Of a stretch of DNA of 64,000 bases, positions 25,701-43,700 are shown in pieces. The position numbers and the translations under genes are program-made. Source of the stretch: Eledone cirrhosa (taxonomy: Eukaryota); assembly GCA_964016885.1 (NCBI GenBank), contig OZ024748.1, positions 40,300,001-40,364,000 on the forward strand. The letters run 5' to 3'. Positions within the stretch are counted from its first letter, which is position 1. Each line of letters opens with the position of its first letter. The notes under the pieces were generated by a model, which worked only from the letters and a program-made list of their open reading frames with translations, was not told the origin of the DNA and searched no databases.

Positions 25701-28700
25701 CATATAGATCTCGTATAGACCACACATATAGATCTTGTATAGACCACACATATAGATCTTGTATAGACCACACATATAGATCTTGGATATAGACGATACA
25801 TATAGATCTTGTATAGAAACATACATATAGATCTTGTATAGACCACACATATAGATCTTGTATATAGACCACACATATAGATCTTGTATGTAGACCATAC
25901 ATATAGATCTTGTATATAGACCATACATATAGATATAGTGTATAGATCATACATATAGATCTTGTATAGACCACACATATAGATCTTGTATAGACCATAC
26001 ATATAGATCTTGTATATAGACCACACATATAGATCTTGTATATAGACCATACATATAGATCTTGTGTAGACCACACATATAGATATTGTGTAGACCATAC
26101 ATATAGATCTTGTGTATAGACCATACATATAGATCTTGTATATAGACCACACATATAGATCTTGTGTATAGACCATACATATAGATCTTGTATAGACCAT
26201 ACATATAGATCTTGTATAGACCATACATATAGATCTTGTGTATAGACCATACATATAGATCTTGTATAGACCACATATATAGATCTTGTGTATAGACCAT
26301 ACATATAGATCTTGTATATAGACCATACATATAGATCTTGTATAGACCATACATATAGATATTGTATAGACCATACATATAGATCTTGTATATAGACCAT
26401 ACATATAGATCTTGTATAGACCACACATATAGATATTGTGTAGACCACACATATAGATATTGTATAGACCATACATATAGATCTTGTATATAGACCACAC
26501 ACATAGATCTTGTATAGACCATACATATAGATCTTGTATAGACCATACATATAGATCTTATATATAGACCACACATATAGATCTTGTATAGACCATACAT
26601 ATAGATCTTGTATAGACCATACATATAGATCTTGTATAGACAATACATATAGATCTTGTGTATAGACCACACATATAGATCTTGTATAGACCATGCATAG
26701 AGATCTTGTATATAGACCACACATATAGATCTTGTGTAGACCATACATATAGATCTTGTAAATAGACCATACATATAGATCTTGTGTATAGACCATACAT
26801 ATAGATCTTGTATAGACCATATATATAGATCTTGTATAGACCATACATATAGATCTTGTATAGACCATACATATAGATCTTGTATAGACCATATATATAG
26901 ATCTTGTATATAGACCATGCATATAGATCTTGTATAGACCATACATATAGATCTTGTATATAGACCATGCATATAGATCTTGTATAGACCATACATATAG
27001 ATCTTGTATATAGACCATACATATAGATCTTGTATAGACCATACATATAGATCTTGTATAGACCATACATATTGATCTTGTATATAGTCCATACATATAG
27101 ATCTTGTATAGACCATACATATAGATCTTGTATAGACCATACATATAGATCTTGTATAGACCATACATATAGATCTTGTATAGACCACACATATATATCT
27201 TGTATATAGACCACACATATAGATCTTGTATAGACCATACATATAGATCTTGTATAGACCATACATATAGATCTTGTGTATAGACCATACATATAGATCT
27301 TGTGTATAGACCACACATATAGATCCTGTATAGACCATACATATAGATCTTGTATATAGACCACACATATAGATCTCGTGTATAGACCATACATATACAT
27401 CTTGTATAGACCATACATATAGATCTTGTATAGACCATACATATAGATCTTGTATAGACCACACAAATAGATCTTGTATAGATCATACATATAGATCTTG
27501 TGTATAGACCATACATATAGATCTTGTGTATAGACCACACATATAGATCTTGTATATAGACCATACATAAAGATCTTGTATATAGACCACATATATAGAT
27601 CTTGTGTAGACCATACACATAGATCTTGTAAATAGACCATACATATAGATCTTGTATATAGACCACACACATAGATCTTGTGTATAGACCATACATATAG
27701 ATATTGTGTAGACCACACATATAGATCTTGTATATAGACCACACATATAGATCTTGTATACACCATGCATATAGATCTTGTATAGACCATACATATAGAT
27801 CTTGTGTATAGACCACACATATAGATCTTGTATATAGACCATACATATAGATCTTGTATATAGACCACACATATAGATCTTGTGTAGACCATACATATAG
27901 ATCTTGTAAATAGACTATACATATAGATCTTGTGTATAGACCATACATATAGATCTTGTATAGACCATACATATAGATCTTGTATAGACCACACATATAG
28001 ATCTTGTATAGACGACACATATAGATATTGTATATAGACCATACATATAGATCTTGTATAGCCCATACATATAGATCTTGTATAGACCATACATATAGAT
28101 CTCGTATAGACCACACATATAGATCTTGTATAGACCACACATATAGATCTTGTATAGACCACACATATAGATCTTGGATATAGACGATACATATAGATCT
28201 TGTATAGAAACATACATATAGATCTTGTATAGACCACACATATAGATCTTGTATATAGACCACACATATAGATCTTGTATGTAGACCATACATATAGATC
28301 TTGTATATAGACCATACATATAGATATAGTGTATAGATCATACATATAGATCTTGTATAGACCACACATATAGATCTTGTATAGACCATACATATAGATC
28401 TTGTATATAGACCACACATATAGATCTTGTATATAGACCATACATATAGATCTTGTGTAGACCACACATATAGATATTGTGTAGACCATACATATAGATC
28501 TTGTGTATAGACCATACATATAGATCTTGTATATAGACCACACATATAGATCTTGTGTATAGACCATACATATAGATCTTGTATAGACCATACATATAGA
28601 TCTTGTATAGACCATACATATAGATCTTGTGTATAGACCATACATATAGATCTTGTATAGACCACATATATAGATCTTGTGTATAGACCATACATATAGA

Positions 28701-31700
28701 TCTTGTATATAGACCATACATATAGATCTTGTATAGACCATACATATAGATATTGTATAGACCATACATATAGATCTTGTATATAGACCATACATATAGA
28801 TCTTGTATAGACCACACATATAGATATTGTGTAGACCACACATATAGATATTGTATAGACCATACATATAGATCTTGTATATAGACCACACACATAGATC
28901 TTGTATAGACCATACATATAGATCTTGTATAGACCATACATATAGATCTTGTATATAGACCACACATATAGATCTTGTATAGACCATACATATAGATCTT
29001 GTATAGACCATACATATAGATCTTGTATAGACAATACATATAGATCTTGTGTATAGACCACACATATAGATCTTGTATAGACCATGCATAGAGATCTTGT
29101 ATATAGACCACACATATAGATCTTGTGTAGACCATACATATAGATCTTGTAAATAGACCATACATATAGATCTTGTGTATAGACCATACATATAGATCTT
29201 GTATAGACCATATATATAGATCTTGTATAGACCATACATATAGATCTTGTATAGACCATACATATAGATCTTGTATAGACCATATATATAGATCTTGTAT
29301 ATAGACCATGCATATAGATCTTGTATAGACCATACATATAGATCTTGTATATAGACCATGCATATAGATCTTGTATAGACCATACATATAGATCTTGTAT
29401 ATAGACCATACATATAGATCTTGTATAGACCATACATATAGATCTTGTATAGACCATACATATTGATCTTGTATATAGTCCATACATATAGATCTTGTAT
29501 AGACCATACATATAGATCTTGTATAGACCATACATATAGATCTTGTATAGACCATACATATAGATCTTGTATAGACCACACATATATATCTTGTATATAG
29601 ACCACACATATAGATCTTGTATAGACCATACATATAGATCTTGTATAGACCATACATATAGATCTTGTGTATAGACCATACATATAGATCTTGTGTATAG
29701 ACCACACATATAGATCTTGTATAGACCATACATATAGATCTTGTATATAGACCACACATATAGATCTCGTGTATAGACCATACATATACATCTTGTATAG
29801 ACCATACATATAGATCTTGTATAGACCATACATATAGATCTTGTATAGACCACACAAATAGATCTTGTATAGACCATACATATAGATCTTGTGTATAGAC
29901 CATACATATAGATCTTGTATAGACCACACATATAGATCTTGTATATAGACCATACATATAGATCTTGTGTATAGACCATACATATAGATATTGTATATAG
30001 AACACACATATAGATATTGTGTATAGACCACACATATAGATCTTGTGTTGACCATACATATAGATCTTTTAAATAGACCATACATATAGATCTTGTTTAG
30101 ACCATACATATAGATCTTGTATAGACCATACATATAGATCTTGTGTATAGACCAGACATATAGATCTTGTATATAGACCATACATATAGATCTTGTATAT
30201 AGACCACACATATAGATCTTGTGTTGACCATACATATAGATCTTGTAAATAGACCATACATATAGATCTTGTGTATAGACCATACATATAGATCTTGTAT
30301 AGACCATACATATAGATCTTGTATAGAGCACACATATAGATCTTCTATAGACCACACATATAGATCTTGTATATAGACCATACATATAGATATTGTGTAT
30401 AGACCATACATATAGATATTGTATATAGACCACACATATAGATCTTGTATAGACCACACATATAGATATTGTGTAGACCACACATATAGATCTTGTATAT
30501 AGACCACACATATAGATATTGTGTAGACCACACATATAGATCTTGTATATAGACCACACATATAGATCTTGTATATAGACCATACATATAGATCTTGTAT
30601 AGACCATACATATAGATCTTGTATATAGACGATACATATAGATCTTGTATAGAACATACATATAGATCTTGTATAGACCACACATATAGATCTTGTATAG
30701 ACCACACATATAGATCTTGTATAGACCACACATATAGATCTTGTATATAGACCATACATATAGATCTTGTATAGACCATACATATAGATCTTGTATAGAC
30801 CATACATATAGATCTTGTATAGACCACACATATAGATCTTGTATAGACCATACATATAGATCTTGTATATAGACCATACATATAGATCTTGTGTATAGAC
30901 CATACATATAGATATTGTGTATAGACCATACATATAGATATTGTATATAGACCACACATATAGATCTTGTATAGACCACACATATAGATATTGTGTAGAC
31001 CACACATATAGATCTTGTATATAGACCACACATATAGATATTGTGTAGACCACACATATAGATCTTGTATATAGACCACACATATAGATCTTGTATATAG
31101 ACCATACATATAGATCTTGTATAGACCATACATATAGATCTTGTATAGACCACACATATAGATCTTGTATAGACCACACATATACATCTTGTATATAGAC
31201 CACACATATAGATATTGTGTAGACCATACATATAGATCTTGTATATAGACCACACACATATAGATCTTGTATATAGACCATACATATAGATCTTGTATAT
31301 AGACCATACATATAGATATAGTGTATAGATCATACATATAGATCTTGTATAGACCACACATATAGATCTTGTATAGACCATACATATAGATCTTGTATAT
31401 AGACCACACTTATAGATCTTGTATATAGACCATACATATAGATCTTGTATAGACCACACATATAGATATTGTGTAGACCATACATATAGATCTTGTGTAT
31501 AGACCATACATATAGATCTTGTATATAGACCACACATATAGATCTTGTGTATAGACCATACATATAGATCTTGTATAGACCATACATATAGATCTTGTAT
31601 AGACCATACATATAGATCTTGTGTATAGACCATACATATAGATCTTGTATAGACCACACATATAGATCTTGTGTATAGACCATACATATAGATCTTGTAT

Positions 31701-34700
31701 AGAGACCATACATATAGATCTTGTATAGACCATACATATAGATATTGTATAGACCATACATATAGATATTGTATATAGACCATACATATAGATCTTATAT
31801 AGACCACACATATAGATATTGTGTAGACCACACATATAGATATTGTATAGACCATACATATAGATCTTGTATATAGACCACACATATAGATCTTGTATAG
31901 ACCATACATATAGATCTTGTATAGACCATACATATAGATCTTGTATATAGACCACACATATAGATCTTGTATAGACCATACATATAGATCTTGTATAGAC
32001 CATACATATAGATCTTGTATAGACAATACATATAGATCTTGTATAGACCACACATATAGATCTTGTATATAGACCACACATATAGATCTTGTATAGACCA
32101 TACATATAGATCTTGTATAGAGCATACATATAGATCTTGTGTATAGACCACACATATAGATCTTGTATAGACCATACATATAGATCTTGTATATAGACCA
32201 CACATATAGATCTTGTATAGACCATACATATAGATCTTGTAAATAGACCATACATATAGATCTTGTGTATAGACCATACATATAGATCTTGTATAGACCA
32301 TACATATAGATCTTGTGTATAGACCACACATATAGATCTTGTATATAGACCATACATATAGATCTTGTATATAGACCACACATATAGATCTTGTGTAGAC
32401 CATACATATAGATCTTGTAAATAGACCATACATATAGATCTTGTATATAGACCACACATATAGATCTTGTGTATAGACCATACATATAGATATCGTGTAG
32501 ACCACACATATAGATCTTGTATATAGACCACACATATAGATCTTGTATAGACCATACATATAGATCTTGTATAGACCATACATATAGATCTTGTGTATAG
32601 ACCACACATATAGATCTTGTATATAGACCATACATATAGATCTTGTATATAGACCACACATATAGATCTTGTGTTGACCATACATATAGATCTTGTAAAT
32701 AGACCATACATATAGATCTTGTGTATAGACCATACATATAGATCTTGTATAGACCATACATATAGATCTTGTATAGACCACATATATAGATCTTGTATAG
32801 ACCACACATATAGATATTGTATATAGACCATACATATAGATCTTGTATAGCCCATACATATAGATCTTGTATAGCCCATACATATAGATCTTGTATAGAC
32901 CACACATATAGATCTTGTATAGACCACACATATAGATCTTGTATATAGACCACACATATAGATATTGTGTAGACCATACATATAGATCTTGTATATAGAC
33001 CACACACATATAGATCTTGTATATAGACCATACATATAGATCTTGTATATAGACCATACATATAGATATAGTGTATAGATCATACATATAGATCTTGTAT
33101 AGACCACACATATAGATCTTGTATAGACCATACATATAGATCTTGTATATAGACCACACTTATAGATCTTGTATATAGACCATACATATAGATCTTGTGT
33201 AGACCACACATATAGATATTGTGTAGACCATACATATAGATCTTGTGTATAGACCATACATATAGATCTTGTATATAGACCACACATATAGATCTTGTGT
33301 ATAGACCATACATATAGATCTTGTATAGACCATACATATAGATCTTGTATAGACCATACATATAGATCTTGTGTATAGACCATACATATAGATCTTGTAT
33401 AGACCACACATATAGATCTTGTGTATAGACCATACATATAGATCTTGTATAGAGACCATACATATAGATCTTGTATAGCCCATACATATAGATATTGTAT
33501 AGACCATACATATAGATATTGTATATAGACCATACATATAGATCTTGTATAGACCACACATATAGATATTGTGTAGACCACACATATAGATATTGTATAG
33601 ACCATACATATAGATCTTGTATATAGACCACACATATAGATCTTGTATAGACCATACATATAGATCTTGTATAGACCATACATATAGATCTTGTATATAG
33701 ACCACACATATAGATCTTGTATAGACCATACATATAGATCTTGTATAGACCATACATATAGATCTTGTATAGACAATACATATAGATCTTGTATAGACCA
33801 CACATATAGATCTTGTATATAGACCACACATATAGATCTTGTATAGATCATACATATAGATCTTGTATAGAGCATACATATAGATCTTGTGTATAGACCA
33901 TACATATAGATCTTGTGTATAGACCACACATATAGATCTTGTATAGACCATACATATAGATCTTGTATATAGACCACACATATAGATCTTGTGTAGACCA
34001 TACATATAGATCTTGTAAATAGACCATACATATAGATCTTGTGTATAGACCATACATATAGATCTTGTATAGACCATACATATAGATCTTGTGTATAGAC
34101 CACACATATAGATCTTGTATATAGACCATACATATAGATCTTGTATATAGACCACACATATAGATCTTGTGTAGACCATACATATAGATCTTGTAAATAG
34201 ACCATACATATAGATCTTGTATATAGACCACACATATAGATCTTGTGTATAGACCATACATATAGATATCGTGTAGACCACACATATACATCTTGTATAT
34301 AGACCACACACATAGATCTTGTATAGACCATACATATAGATCTTGTATAGACCATACATATAGATCTTGTGTATAGACCACACATATAGATCTTGTATAT
34401 AGACCATACATATAGATCTTGTATATAGACCACACATATAGATCTTGTGTAGACCATACATATAGATCTTGTAAATAGACCATACATATAGATCTTGTGT
34501 ATAGACCATACATATAGATCTTGTATAGACCATACATATAGATCTTGTATAGACCACATATATAGATCTTGTATAGACCACACATATAGATATTGTATAT
34601 AGACCATACATATAGATCTTGTATAGCCCATACATATAGATCTTGTATAGACCATACATATAGATCTTGTATAGACCACACATATAGATCTTGTATAGAC

Positions 34701-37700
34701 CACACATATAGATCTTGTATAGACCACACATATAGATCTTGGATATAGACGATACATATAGATCTTGTATAGACCATACATATAGATCTTGTATAGACCA
34801 CACATATAGATCTTGTATATAGACCATACATATAGATCTTGTATAGACCATACATATAGATCTTGTGTATAGACCATACATATACATCTTGTATAGACCA
34901 TACATATAGATCTTGTATAGACCATACATATAGATCTTGTATAGATCACACATATAGATCTTGTATAGACCACACATATAGATCTTGTATATAGACCATA
35001 CATATAGATCTTGTATAGACCATACATATAGATCTTGTATAGACCACACATATAGATCTTGTATATAGACCATACATATAGATCTTGTATAGACCATACA
35101 TATAGATCTTGTGTATAGACCATACATATAGATTTTGTATAGACCACACATATAGATCTTGTATATAGACCATACATATAGATCTTGTATAGACCATACA
35201 TATAGATATTGTATAGACCACACATATAGATCTTGTATATAGACCATACATATAGATCTTGTATAGACCATACATATAGATCTTGTATAGACCATACATA
35301 TAGATCTTGTATAGACCACACATATAGATCTTGTATAGACCATACATATAGATCTTGTTTATAGACAATACATATAGATCTTGTATAGACCACACATATA
35401 GATCTTGTATATAGACCATACATATAGATCTTGTATAGACCATACATATAGATCTTGTGTATAGACCATACATATAGATCTTGTATAGACCATACATATA
35501 GATCTTGTATATAGACCATACATATAGATCTTGTATAGACCATACATATAGATCTTGTGTATAGACCATACATATAGATCTTGTGTATAGACCATACATA
35601 TAGATATCGTATATAGACCACACATATAGATATTGTGTATAGACCATACATATACATCTTGTATAGACCATACATATAGATCTTGTATAGACCATACATA
35701 TAGATCTTGTATATAGACCATACATATAGATCTTGTATAGACTATACATATAGATCTTGTATATAGACCATATATATAGATCTTGTATAGACCATACATA
35801 TAGATCTTGTATAGACCATACATATAGATCTTGTATAGACCATACATATAGATCTTGTATAGACCATACATATAGATCTTGTATATAGACCATACATATA
35901 GATCTTGTATAGACCATACATATAGATCTTGTATATAGACCATGCATATAGATCTTGTATAGACCATACATATAGATCTTGTATATAGACCATACATATA
36001 GATCTTGTATAGACCATACATATAGATCTTGTATAGACCATACATATTGATCTTGTATATAGTCCATACATATAGATCTTGTATAGACCATACATATAGA
36101 TCTTGTATAGACCATACATATAGATCTTGTATAGACCATACATATAGATCTTGTATAGACCACACATATAGATCTTGTATATAGACCACACATATAGATC
36201 TTGTATAGACCATACATATAGATCTTGTATAGACCATACATATAGATCTTGTGTATAGACCATACATATAGATCTTGTGTATAGACCACACATATAGATC
36301 TTGTATAGACCATACATATAGATCTTGTATATAGACCACACATATAGATCTTGTGTATAGACCATACATGTAGATATTGTGTAGACCACACATATAGATC
36401 TTGTATATAGACCACACATATAGATCTTGTATAGACCATACATATAGATCTTGTATAGACCATACATATAGATCTTGTGTATAGACCACACATATAGATC
36501 TTGTATATAGACCATACATATAGATCTTGTGTTGACCATACATATAGATCTTGTAAATAGACCATACATATAGATCTTGTGTATAGACCATACATATAGA
36601 TCTTGTATAGACCATACATGTAGATCTTGTATAGACCACACATATAGATCTTCTATAGACAACACATATAGATCTTGTATAGACCACACATATAGATCTT
36701 GTATATAGACGATACATATAGATCTTGTATAGACCATACATATAGATCTTGTATAGACCACACATATACATCTTGTATAGACCATACATATAGATATTTT
36801 ATAGACCACACATATAGATCTTGTATATAGACCATACATATAGATCTTGTATAGACCATACATATAGATCTTGTGTATAGACCATACATATACATCTTGT
36901 ATAGACCATACATATAGATCTTGTATAGACCATACATATAGATCTTGTATATAGACTATACATATAGATCTTGTATAGACTATACATATAGATCTTGTAT
37001 ATAGACCATACATATAGATCTTGTATAGAACATACATATAGATCTTGTATAGACCATACATATAGATCTTGTATAGACCATACATATAGATCTTGTATAT
37101 AGACCATACATATAGATCTTGTATAGACCATACATATAGATCTTGTATATAGACCATGCATATAGATCTTGTATAGACCATACATATAGATCTTGTATAT
37201 AGACCATACATATAGATCTTGTATAGACCATACATATAGATCTTGTATAGACCATACATATAGATCTTGTATATAGTCCAGACATATAGATCTTGTATAG
37301 ACCATACATATAGATCTTGTATAGACCATACATATAGATCTTGTATAGACCATACATATAGATCTTGTATAGACCACACATATAGATCTTCTATATAGAC
37401 CACATATATAGATCTTGTATAGACCATACATATAGATCTTGTATAGACCATACATATAGATCTTGTGTATAGACCATACATATAGATCTTGTGTATAGAC
37501 CACACATATAGATCTTGTATAGACCATACATATAGATCTTGTATATAGACCACACATATAGATCTTGTGTATAGACCATACATATAGATATTGTGTAGAC
37601 CACACATATAGATCTTGTATATAGACCACACATATAGATCTTGTATAGATTATACATATAGATCTTGTATGGACCATACATATAGATCTTGTGTATAGAC

Positions 37701-40700
37701 CACACATATAGATCTTGTATATAGACCATACATATAGATCCTGTATATAGACCACACATATAGATCTTGTGTAGACCATACATATAGATCTTGTAAATAG
37801 ACCATACATATAGATCTTGTGTATAGACCATACATATAGATCTTGTATAGACCATACATATAGATCTTGTATAGACCACACATATATATCTTGTATAGAC
37901 CACACATATAGATATTGTATATAGACCATACATATAGATCTTGTATAGACCATACATATAGATCTTGTATAGACCATACATATAGATCTTGTATAGACCA
38001 TACATATAGATCTTGTATAGACCACACATATATATCTTGTATAGACCATACATATAGATCTTGTGTATAGACCATACATATAGATCTTGTATAGACCATA
38101 CATATAGACCTTGTATATAGACCATACATATAGATCTTGTATAGACCACACATATAGATCTTGTATATAGACCATACATATAGATCTTGTATAGACCATA
38201 CATATAGATCTTGTATAGACCACACATATAGATATTGTATATAGACCATACATATAGATCTTGTATAGACCATACATATAGATCTTGTGTATAGACCATA
38301 CATATAGATTTTGTATAGACCACACATATAGATCTTGTATATAGACCATACATATAGATCTTGTATAGACCATACATATAGATATTGTATAGACCACACA
38401 TATAGATCTTGTATATAGACCATACATATAGATCTTGTATAGACCATACATATAGATCTTGTGTATAGACCATACATATACATCTTGTATAGACCATACA
38501 TATAGATCTTGTATATAGACCATACATATAGATCTTTTATAGACCATACATATAGATCTTGTGTATAGACCATACATATAGATCTTGTGTATAGACCATA
38601 CATATAGATATTGTATATAGACCTCACATATAGATATTGTGTATGTATTGACCATACATATACATCTTGTATAGACCATACATATAGATCTTGTATAGAC
38701 CATACATATAGATCTTGTATATAGACCATACATATAGATCTTGTATAGACTATACATATAGATCTTGTATATAGACCATACATATAGATCTTGTATAGAC
38801 CATACATATAGATCTTGTATAGACCATACATATAGATCTTGTATAGACCATACATATAGATCTTGTATAGACCATACATATAGATCTTGTATATAGACCA
38901 TACATATAGATCTTGTGTATAGACCATACATATACATCTTGTATAGACCATACATATAGATATTGTATAGACCACACATATAGATCTTGTATATAGACCA
39001 TACATATAGATCTTGTATAGACCATACATATAGATCTTGTGTATAGACCATACATATACATCTTGAATAGACCATACATATAGATCTTGTATATAGACCA
39101 TACATATAGATCTTGTATAGACCATAAATATAGATCTTGTGTATAGACCATACATATAGATCTTGTGTATAGACCATACATATAGATATTGTATATAGAC
39201 CACACATATAGATATTGTGTATAGACCATACATATAGATCTTGTATAGACCATACATATAGAACTTGTATATAGACCATACATATAGATCTTGTATAGAC
39301 CACACATATAGATCTTGTATATAGACCATACATATAGATCTTGTATAGACCATACATATAGATCTTGTATAGACCACACATATAGATCTTGTATATAGAC
39401 CATACATATAGATCTTGTATAGACCATACATATAGATCTTGTGTATAGACTATACATATAGATTTTGTATAGACCACACATATAGATCTTGTATATAGAC
39501 CATACATATAGATCTTGTATAGACCATACATATAGATATTGTATAGACCACACATATAGATCTTGTATATAGACCATACATATAGATATTGTATAGACCA
39601 TACATATAGATCTTGAATACACCATACATATAGATCTTGTATAGACCACACATATAGATCTTGTATAGACCATACATATAGATCTTGTGTATAGACCATA
39701 CATATAGATCTTGTATAGACCACACATATAGATCTTGTATATAGACCATACATATAGATCTTGTATAGACCATACATATAGATCTTGTGTATAGACCATA
39801 CATATAGATCTTGTATATAGACCACACATATAGATCTTGTGTATAGACCATACATGTAGATATTGTGTAGACCACACATATAGATCTTGTATATAGACCA
39901 CACATATAGATCTTGTATAGACCATACATATAGATCTTGTATAGACCATACATATAGATCTTGTGTATAGACCACACATATAGATCTTGTATATAGACCA
40001 TACATATAGATCTTGTATATAGACCACACATATAGATCTTGTGTTGACCATACATATAGATCTTGTAAATAGACCATACATATAGATCTTGTGTATAGAC
40101 CATACATATAGATCTTGTATAGACAATACATGTAGATCTTGTATAGACCACACATATAGATCTTCTATAGACAACACATATAGATCTTGTATAGACCACA
40201 CATATAGATCTTGTATATAGACGATACATATAGATCTTGTATAGACCATACATATAGATCTTGTATAGACCACACATATACATCTTGTATAGACCATACA
40301 TATAGATATTTTATAGACCACACATATAGATCTTGTATATAGACCATACATATAGATCTTGTATAGACCATACATATAGATCTTGTGTATAGACCATACA
40401 TATACATCTTGTCTAGACCATACATATAGATCTTGTATAGACCATACATATAGATCTTGTATATAGACTATACATATAGATCTTGTATAGACTATACATA
40501 TAGATCTTGTATATAGACCATACATATAGATCTTGTATAGAACATACATATAGATCTTGTATAGACCATACATATAGATCTTGTATAGACCATACATATA
40601 GATCTTGTATAGACCATACATATAGATCTTGTATATAGACCATACATATAGATCTTGTATAGACCATACATATAGATCTTGTATATAGACCATGCATATA

Positions 40701-43700
40701 GATCTTGTATAGACCACACATATAGATCTTGTATATAGACCATACATATAGATCTTGTATAGACCATACATATAGATCTTGTATAGACCATACATATAGA
40801 TCTTGTATATAGTCCAGACATATAGATCTTGTATAGACCATACATATAGATCTTGTATAGACCATACATATAGATCTTGTATAGACCATACATATAGATC
40901 TTGTATAGACCACACATATAGATATTGTATATAGACCACACATATAGATCTTGTATAGACCATACATATAGATCTTGTATAGACCATACATATAGATCTT
41001 GTGTATAGACCATACATATAGATCTTGTGTATAGACCACACATATAGATCTTGTATAGACCATACATATAGATCTTGTATATAGACCACACATATAGATC
41101 TTGTGTATAGACCATACATATAGATATTGTGTAGACCACACATATAGATCTTGTATATAGACCACACATATAGACTTGTATAGATTATACATATAGATCT
41201 TGTATGGACCATACATATAGATCTTGTGTATAGACCACACATATAGATCTTGTATATAGACCATACATATAGATCTTGTATATAGACCACACATATAGAT
41301 CTTGTGTAGACCATACATATAGATCTTGTAAATAGACCATACATATAGATCTTGTGTATAGACCATACATATAGATCTTGTATAAACCATACATATAGAT
41401 CTTGTATAGACCACACATATATATCTTGTATAGACCACACATATAGATATTGTATATAGACCATACATATAGATCTTGTATAGACCATACATATAGATCT
41501 TGTATAGACCATACATATAGATCTTGTATAGAGCATACATATAGATCTTGTATAGACCACACATATATATCTTGTATAGACCATACATATAGATCTTGTG
41601 TATAGACCATACATATAGATCTTGTATAGACCATACATATAGATCTTGTGTATAGACCATACATATAGATTTTGTATAGACCACACATATAGATCTTGTA
41701 TATAGACCATACATATAGATCTTGTATAGACCATACATATAGATATTGTATAGACCACACATATAGATCTTGTATATAGACCATACATATAGATCTTGTA
41801 TAGACCATACATATAGATCTTGTGTATAGACCATACATATACATCTTGTATAGACCATACATATAGATCTTGTATATAGACCATACATATAGATCTTGTA
41901 TAGACCATACATATAGATCTTGTGTATAGACCATACATATAGATCTTGTGTATAGACCATACATATAGATATTGTATATAGACCTCACATATAGATATTG
42001 TGTATGTATTGACCATACATATACATCTTGTATAGACCATACATATAGATCTTGTATAGACCATACATATAGATCTTGTATATAGACCATACATATAGAT
42101 CTTGTATAGACTATACATATAGATCTTGTATATAGACCATACATATAGATCTTGTGTTGACCATACATATAGATCTTGTAAATAGACCATACATATAGAT
42201 CTTGTGTATAGACCATACATATAGATCTTGTATAGACCATACATATAGATCTTGTATAGACCATACATATAGATCTTGTATAGACCATACATATAGATCT
42301 TGTATAGACCATACATATAGATCTTGTATAGACCATACATATAGATCTTGTATAGACCACACATATATATCTTGTATATAGACCACACATATAGATCTTG
42401 TATAGACCATACATATATATCTTGTATATAGACCACACATATAGATCTTGTATAGACCATACATATAGATCTTGTATAGACCATACATATAGATCTTGTG
42501 TATAGACCATACATATAGATCTTGTGCATAGATCACACATATAGATCTTGTATATAGACCATGCATATAGATCTTGTATAGACCATACATATAGATCTTG
42601 TATATAGACCATACATATAGATCTTGTATAGACCATACTTATAGATCTTGTATAGACCATACATATTGATCTTGTATATAGTCCATACATATAGATCTTG
42701 TATAGACCATACATATAGATCTTGTATAGACCATACATATAGATCTTGTATAGACCATACATATAGATCTTGTATAGACCACACATATATATCTTGTATA
42801 TAGACCACACATATAGATCTTGTATAGACCATACATATAGATCTTGTATAGACCATACATATAGATCTTGTGTATAGACCATACATATAGATCTTGTGTA
42901 TAGACCACACATATAGATCTTGTATAGACCATACATATAGATCTTGTATATAGACCACACATATAGATCTTGTGTATAGACCATACATATAGATATTGTG
43001 TAGACCACACATATAGATCTTGTATATAGACCACACATATAGATCTTGTATAGACCATACATATAGATTTGTATAGACCATACATATAGATCTTGTGTAT
43101 AGACCACACATATAGATCTTGTATATAGACCATACATATAGATCTTGTATATACACCACACATATAGATCTTGTGTTGACCATACATATAGATCTTGTAA
43201 ATAGACCATACATATAGATCTTGTGTATAGACCATACATATAGATCTTGTATAGACCATACATATAGATCTTGTATAGACCACACATATAGATCTTCTAT
43301 AGACCACACATATAGATCTTGTATAGACCACACATATAGATCTTGTATATAGACGATACATATAGATCTTGTATAGACCATACATATAGATCTTGTATAG
43401 ACCACACATATACATCTTGTATAGACCATACATATAGATATTGTATAGACCACACATATAGATCTTGTATATAGACCATACATATAGATCTTGTATAGAC
43501 CATACATATAGATCTTGTGTATAGACCATACATATACATCTTGTATAGAACATACATATAGATCTTGTATATAGACCATACATATAGATCTTGTATAGAC
43601 GATTACATATAGATCTTGTATAGACCATACATATAGATCTTGTATAGACCATACATATAGATCTTGTATAGACAATACATATAGATCTTGTATAGACCAT

